Position numbers and translations under genes: made by a program. The notes beneath the pieces are model-generated. The model ran no database searches. It saw only the letters and a program-made list of their open reading frames with translations, and had not been told where the DNA came from. Shown here in pieces: positions 58,793 to 64,000 of a stretch of DNA of 64,000 nucleotides. The first letter of the stretch is position 1. Every line of letters begins with the position of its first letter. The stretch is taken from contig LBQR01000003.1 in NCBI GenBank assembly GCA_000990945.1, positions 11,089-75,088 on the forward strand. Direction: 5' to 3'. Source of the DNA: Candidatus Moranbacteria bacterium GW2011_GWF2_35_54 (GTDB lineage Bacteria > Patescibacteriota > Minisyncoccia > Moranbacterales > UBA9337).

Positions 58793-58873
58793 ATTTTTTT
58801 CCTCCGTCAGCTGACGGATGGAGGACTATTAATTATTTTATAACTTATGCAATTAAATTTAGCTTCATCTAAT

Positions 58874-58980
58874 AAAAAATTCTGCTTTTAATTGCAGAAC
58901 TTGATAAAAACAACTTAAAAAAAATTGTTTCTTATCCTCGGCAGGTCTTATTTTGGATGCCTACTGTCTGCGGATTATTT
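58874..58980 (-). promoter_or_regulatory. L10 leader (r-protein autoregulatory RNA) with downstream hairpin
   Basis: Minus strand ccgcagacagtagg...cctgccgagg matches the L10-leader pattern upstream of rplJ. Confidence 0.8.
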
Positions 58981-59027
58981 AATTTACTTAACTAATATAG
59001 CGCTTATTTCCCTGCTTGTCAATAAAA

Positions 59028-59375
59028 TTACTCAGCTTTAGCTTCCTCAGTAACTGGAGATTCTAAAGTAGTAGCAACCGCTGGAGCTTCTTCTGTCTTG
59101 ACTTCTTCTACTTTTTTCATCTTAACAATTCTCTTTTTGGCTTCGATAACTTTTTGGGCTACCAACAAATTGTGCACGGAGTCTGAAGCTTGAGCGCCTG
59201 TTCCTAGCCAATATTGAATTCTTTCATTTTTAAAAACACCTTTTTTCTGGGCTGGATCCCAACTTCCCAAGATTTCGATGTGTTTTCCGGTTGGAGTAGC
59301 TGAATTCTCTTGAACTACAATTCTAAATTGAGGTTTATTTTTTCTTCCTACTCTTGAAAATCTAATAACTATCAT
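59028..59375 (-). CDS. rpsP: 30S ribosomal protein S16
   Basis: IRFSRVGRKNKPQFRIVV, IEILGSWDP, GAQASDSV. Confidence 0.96.
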   Translation of the reverse strand: MIVIRFSRVGRKNKPQFRIVVQENSATPTGKHIEILGSWDPAQKKGVFKNERIQYWLGTGAQASDSVHNLLVAQKVIEAKKRIVKMKKVEEVKTEEAPAVATTLESPVTEEAKAE

Positions 59376-59591
59376 AAAAACAAAAATATAGCTTACCTAC
59401 TGTTTTTCGAGTATTTAAGCACCATTTATAAATTATTTTATTGTCTATACCTGAGCTTACAGTATTTATTTAAATATGTCAAGAATTAAAATATCACTGT
59501 CAATCTTAGTATCCACCCCTCTCATCTATTTACTATTTTCCCTTATAGCTATATCTTTAAAATAAAGTAAAACGGCAAAAATAATCAACTA

Positions 59592-60995
59592 ATGTCCATG
59601 CTAGAAATTCTCACTAAATTACTTTTCTTATATTTACCTTTCCAAATCGCTCTTAATCCAGCTGAAGGTTTTGATTTGGCGTCGGTGAGAATTATTATTC
59701 CCTTATTATTTATTGCTTGGCTGATTGACGGACTAAAAAATAAAAAAATAATCATTCCTAATAATTTAACTTTTTTCTTACTAATTTCTTTTTTATTTTT
59801 AACTTCTTTTTCTTTATTTTTTGCTGAGAATTTTGTTTGGGGGTTACGGAAGTTAATCTTTCTATTTTCGATTTTTCCGCTCTTTTTTGTTGTCCATGCT
59901 ATCTTCTCATCTAATCAAGCTAAAAAACTCTCTTTGCTTAAATTCACAGCTCTGGGGGGCGTTTTTACAGCACTTCTCGGAATAATTCAATTTTTATTAC
60001 AACTTATCATTCCTTTAAATAAACTGTACTCTGCTTGGGCGATTATCATTGTTCCTTTTTTGGGAAATTCTTTTTCGCAGGCGGTACTTACTAATCCCAG
60101 TTGGCTGGTAAACGTCGGCGGACACACCCTGCTTCGAGCCACTGCTTTTTTCCCTGATCCGCACATGCTCGCTTTTTATCTTAACATCACTGGTTTGATT
60201 TCTTTGGGCATTTATTTTTCCCAACAAGAATATGACCTACGCACCTCCCCTCTCCCCCTCCTTGAGGGGGAGATGCCGACAGGCAGAGGGGGTGGAAAAT
60301 TAACCATTTATTTTTCTAAACATTTAAGTCCTAAAGAAATAAAAAATAAGAAGAATTATTATTTGTTTTTTTCAATCATAATATTTCTCGCTAGCTTTCT
60401 AACTTTTTCCCGCGGCGGTTATCTAGGCTTAATTGCCGGATTATTGTTTTTTGGATTTTTTACCTTCAAATCCAAATTAAAATATTTTTTTAACAACGCT
60501 AAAAGAGTAATTTCATTGATTTTTATTTTGATAACATTTAGTTTGATTCTTGCCATCCCTAATCCTATCACTAACCGCCTCACTTCAAGTTTCGATTTAT
60601 CCGAAGGTTCAAATACTGGCCGAATCGAAACTTGGAAGCAATCTTTAGAAATAATCAAAGCAAACCCCACCTTAGGAGTGGGCTTGGGAAATTATTCTCT
60701 AAGCATCAAACCCTCAGCCAATTATCGCGAACCTATTTATTCCCATAACACTTTTCTGGATATCGCTGCTGAAACTGGGATTTTAAATGCTCTTGTCTGG
60801 CTACTTTTATTTTTATTTAGTATTATTAATTTTACTCGGGGATTTATTATAAATAATGATTTTATCGATCTAGCCCTAGTCTCCGCTCTAGTTTCATTAT
60901 CTATCCACTCTCTTTTTGAAACTGCTATATTTTCAGTGCATATCCTGCCACTTATTATTTTAATTCTCAGCCTTAATAACTCAAAACAAAATTAG
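59592..60995 (+). CDS. O-antigen ligase/Wzy_C family membrane protein carrying an in-frame repeat
   Basis: RATAFFPDPH, TFSRGG, GVGLGNY, HNTFL..AETG. Confidence 0.88.
   Translation: MSMLEILTKLLFLYLPFQIALNPAEGFDLASVRIIIPLLFIAWLIDGLKNKKIIIPNNLTFFLLISFLFLTSFSLFFAENFVWGLRKLIFLFSIFPLFFVVHAIFSSNQAKKLSLLKFTALGGVFTALLGIIQFLLQLIIPLNKLYSAWAIIIVPFLGNSFSQAVLTNPSWLVNVGGHTLLRATAFFPDPHMLAFYLNITGLISLGIYFSQQEYDLRTSPLPLLEGEMPTGRGGGKLTIYFSKHLSPKEIKNKKNYYLFFSIIIFLASFLTFSRGGYLGLIAGLLFFGFFTFKSKLKYFFNNAKRVISLIFILITFSLILAIPNPITNRLTSSFDLSEGSNTGRIETWKQSLEIIKANPTLGVGLGNYSLSIKPSANYREPIYSHNTFLDIAAETGILNALVWLLLFLFSIINFTRGFIINNDFIDLALVSALVSLSIHSLFETAIFSVHILPLIILILSLNNSKQN
60247..60294 (+). repeat. Family A copy inserted in frame in a CDS
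   Basis: cccctctccccctccttgagggggagatgccgacaggcagagggggtg (48 bp). Confidence 0.9.
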
Positions 60996-61049
60996 CACCC
61001 TCTCCACCTTGTACTCAAGGGGGAGATGTCCAGTAGGACAGAGGGGGTG
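60996..61049 (+). repeat. Family A copy directly after a stop codon
   Basis: caccctctccaccttgtactcaagggggagatgtccagtaggacagagggggtg. Confidence 0.85.
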
Positions 61050-61060
61050 TAAAATTACCC

Positions 61061-62281
61061 ATGGCTACAATATACAACCCAATCTCCGCCAAAAATTTAA
61101 TCTACTTCACGCTATTTTTTTCTCCTGCTTATTTGATTAGATTTTCAATTTTCAATATTCCTCTTAATTTGCTGGATATTTTAATTCTGCTCACAATAGG
61201 TGTCTGGATTTATGAAAATAGCTCACATCTGTTGGAAAAAATAAAAATATCTCTTAGAAAAATTATTTTTATCCTGCCACCTGTAGCACTTATCCTGCTG
61301 GGACTTTTTATTTCAGCTTTACTGAATAATAATTTATTTAGAGAATTAGGTATCATAAAAAGCTGGTTTATTTTACCGATTATTTTCGGCTTTATCACTT
61401 TTGTTGAAATTAAAAAAAATCCAGAATTCGATAAAATTCTAAATACTATTTTCTTTTCATCTTTTTTTATTTCTATTGTAAGCCTTCTTTACCTTGCTTT
61501 GGGTCAAATAACTTATGATGGACGCCTCAATGCTTTTTATCTTTCCCCTAATCATTTAGCTATGATAATTGCGCCTGGCTTTTTAATTGGATGCTGGAAA
61601 CTTGTTACAAAGAAAAATATAAATTATTATTTAATAATTTATCTTGTGCTTATGGCTCTTTCCCTGTTTTATACCCATTCTTATGCCACTTGGATTAGTA
61701 TATTTTTTTCTATTTTCGTGATTTTAATTTCTGCCCGGAAAAAATATCTTTTAATTTTAATCATAGCAATTTTATTTTTCTTTTCCCTGGAATACAATTC
61801 TGACAAATTCAAAAATATTTTCAATTATTCAGCCAGTTCTTCTTTGAAATCAAGGTTGGTTATCTGGCAAGTTTCTGAGAAAATTATCTTTGATAATTGG
61901 CTTTGGGGAATTGGAGCGGGAAATTTTCAAGAAAAATATTTATCCTACCAAAAATATTTTACTCCTTATCCGCAGTGGGCTGTACCCCAGCCCCACAATA
62001 TTTTCTTAGCTTTTTGGCTTCAGACAGGACTCATTGGACTGATTGGTTTTTTATATCTAATAATTGCTTGGGGTCTAGAAACAATAAAAATCCTTGTTTT
62101 ATCTAAGGATTCTACTGAGAAAAATTTGTCTTTAATTTTACTTGCAATTATTTTTTCTATGTTAATTGCCGGATTGTTTGACACCCCTTACTGGAAAAAT
62201 GATTTATCTCTGATATTTTGGACCATAATTTCTACAGGCGCTAAGTCGCGCTACTTTTTACTAAAGAAGAATTCTAAATAA
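61061..62281 (+). CDS. O-antigen ligase/Wzy_C family membrane protein
   Basis: RLNAFYLSPNHLA, SRLVIW, GIGAGNF, PHNIFLAFWLQTG. Confidence 0.88.
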   Translation: MATIYNPISAKNLIYFTLFFSPAYLIRFSIFNIPLNLLDILILLTIGVWIYENSSHLLEKIKISLRKIIFILPPVALILLGLFISALLNNNLFRELGIIKSWFILPIIFGFITFVEIKKNPEFDKILNTIFFSSFFISIVSLLYLALGQITYDGRLNAFYLSPNHLAMIIAPGFLIGCWKLVTKKNINYYLIIYLVLMALSLFYTHSYATWISIFFSIFVILISARKKYLLILIIAILFFFSLEYNSDKFKNIFNYSASSSLKSRLVIWQVSEKIIFDNWLWGIGAGNFQEKYLSYQKYFTPYPQWAVPQPHNIFLAFWLQTGLIGLIGFLYLIIAWGLETIKILVLSKDSTEKNLSLILLAIIFSMLIAGLFDTPYWKNDLSLIFWTIISTGAKSRYFLLKKNSK

Positions 62282-63317
62282 CCCCTCGCTTTTTCTATCT
62301 ATAAAAAACAAGAAGTCTTCATTGGGAGATAACAATAAATTAGTTGCATCTATATCCTGCTTAATGTATTTCTCCTCTATAATTTTTTCTTTCTTGGCGC
62401 TTTATAAATTTTATTATTCAAATAATCGTTGGGCATAACTAAATTGTTTTCGATATTTACCGGCATCGCACAATACACACTTTTATTGTTATTTGTCCAA
62501 ACACATTTATTGGACATGGTGGGAAAATTTAGATTTAAACAATCATTAGTTTTTATATCGCAAACTTCTAAAATTAAATTGCTTCCTCCTTTTTGAGAAA
62601 CGCTGCTTCTCAGGAATTTACCCCCATCTTTGGACCACAAATAATCAGCTCCAAATTTCGATTCTCCCCTTTTTTCCAACTCTCCTTCTCCAAAGGGTAT
62701 TATTGTTAAATTTGACTCTTTGAAAGCGTCTGGCTGCAACCAGAAAGAAGCCTTGGCTGATCTTGGTATATCGCTTATATAAATTTTATCATCTTCAATT
62801 TTGGCTATTTCCTTCCAATTACTTCCGTCTGGGTCAGAAATATTTAAAGTTTTCTTTCCACTGGCTTGATCTTCGTAAGTATAGACAATTTTCTGATAAA
62901 AATTTATCCAGTTCAGTGCTTTTGAATTTTTTATAAGTTTTTCTTTATTTCCAAAAGAATACAAATAGAAAGAATCTTTAATTTTCAGTATGGCTTCCTT
63001 CTTATTTTTATTCCAACATCATTGGATAATTTATTCTTAATAGATTTTCCGTCAAATGAAGCTGTCCAAAAACTTCTGTCTTCACTGCTATAATACTGGA
63101 TTTTCTCGCCATCTTCGCTTAGCGACAAACCTCGTGTGCCTTTTTCAACTAGCTGAACCAACTTATCCAGATTGTTAAGGCTGCTTTTTTTGTCATTTTT
63201 TATCAGCTTATCTGCAGGGACGCTTTGCTCGTCTTGCGCCAAAAATAAATTGTACGCAATATAAAAACTCCCCACTAAAAAAAGCAACACAGATGAAATT
63301 ATAAAAACTTTCTTCAT
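62261..63317 (-). pseudogene. Membrane-anchored beta-propeller (TolB-like) protein broken by two frameshifts
   Basis: ORFs 62985-63317 and 62377-62964 plus a third-frame tail (IDATNLLLSPNEDFLFFIDRKSEGLFRILL, stop 62261-62263) read as one protein. Confidence 0.7.
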
Positions 63318-63324
63318 TTTTAGA

Positions 63325-64000
63325 TTATCTAAAAAAATTATCTAAGATTTCTTTTGCCCCAAAGTCATAATGACTCCCGATGCGAAAATAATAGTCACTC
63401 ATTTGTTCCGGAATATTGTAAGCCAACCCTGCTATTATCTTTAAGGCTTTCTTCCCCATAGTCGGACTACTGGATTCGGATACCTTCACCGTTATTGAAT
63501 CTGCTATTTTTTTGCCCCCCGTTTCGCCTTCTGCCAATCCCCAGCTTTTTAAATTTGCCCTCTGGGCATCTGACTGCCAATATTCAGCTTCAAAAGAAAT
63601 ATTCACCATTGATCCTACTGAATATGCGCTTAAATCTATAGTGCAAGAAGCGCTCGTGCATCCTTCAATGGGAGTTCCATTAACTGAATACTTGACATTT
63701 TTTAAGCTAGTTGGATCAGTGCCAATCCAAGCTGGATAATATGTTGGCGTAATAGTAACCGAACCGCTTCCATTAAATACATTTTCTTTGCAATCAGGCA
63801 TTGCTTCTGGAAGCGTCTTAGGGTCCGCCGGATCAACTTTTGTCGGATCGACTACAGTAACATACGTGCCCATTACAGCTGTATCGTCAACTTTGCCATT
63901 TAAATCCTTGCAAATATTCTCTCCTGTAGTATTATCAACTACTTCTCCTCTATTTATTCTATTATTAGGACCAATACCTACCATTAGCTTAGTAACTACA
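63325..64000 (-). CDS. 3' part of a large exported hypothetical protein (continues beyond the window; C-terminus probably frameshifted)
   Basis: Beta- and Cys-rich ORF; a hydrophobic segment (VTIIFASGVIMTLG) lies in another frame. Confidence 0.6.
   Translation of the reverse strand, partial: VVTKLMVGIGPNNRINRGEVVDNTTGENICKDLNGKVDDTAVMGTYVTVVDPTKVDPADPKTLPEAMPDCKENVFNGSGSVTITPTYYPAWIGTDPTSLKNVKYSVNGTPIEGCTSASCTIDLSAYSVGSMVNISFEAEYWQSDAQRANLKSWGLAEGETGGKKIADSITVKVSESSSPTMGKKALKIIAGLAYNIPEQMSDYYFRIGSHYDFGAKEILDNFFR

Noticed and set aside
57754-59375. rpsP-rplJ-rplL order, detached from rplKA and rpoBC, as a novelty
   Set aside because: Rearranged r-protein clusters are common in reduced genomes; rplJL has its own leader.
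1-64000. CRISPR array
   Set aside because: No regularly spaced 25-45-bp direct repeats with unique spacers and no cas genes; the repeats are dispersed palindromes or 7-9-mer arrays.

Overview
AT-rich bacterial chromosome segment. Gene content and style suggest a Patescibacteria/CPR (Parcubacteria-like) genome; this is inferred, not searched. Core genes include a DEAD-box helicase, a PIF1-like helicase, mltG, murE, rsmI, rsmA, dnaX, tRNA-Gln, rplL, rplJ (with L10 leader) and rpsP. They are interspersed with two very large surface proteins (a collagen/tail-fibre protein with an S74 chaperone domain, flanked by two paralogous membrane proteins, and a 2273-aa Ig/FN3/beta-helix protein), accessory clusters (about 10-13.5 kb, 16.3-25 kb, and 38.8-41.5 kb next to tRNA-Gln), an ECF sigma/MacAB-type module and two O-antigen-ligase-like genes. 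The strongest non-genic signal is a dense set of miniature repeats. There are at least six palindromic families, nested in one another and inserted in frame into murE and a ligase gene; one element has a 9-bp target duplication. There are also 7-9-mer tandem arrays, which bracket a four-helix-bundle gene in inverted orientation and recur without that gene at many gene junctions. Several genes carry small deletions or frameshifts that may be assembly errors. I saw no CRISPR array, integrase, transposase or reverse transcriptase.
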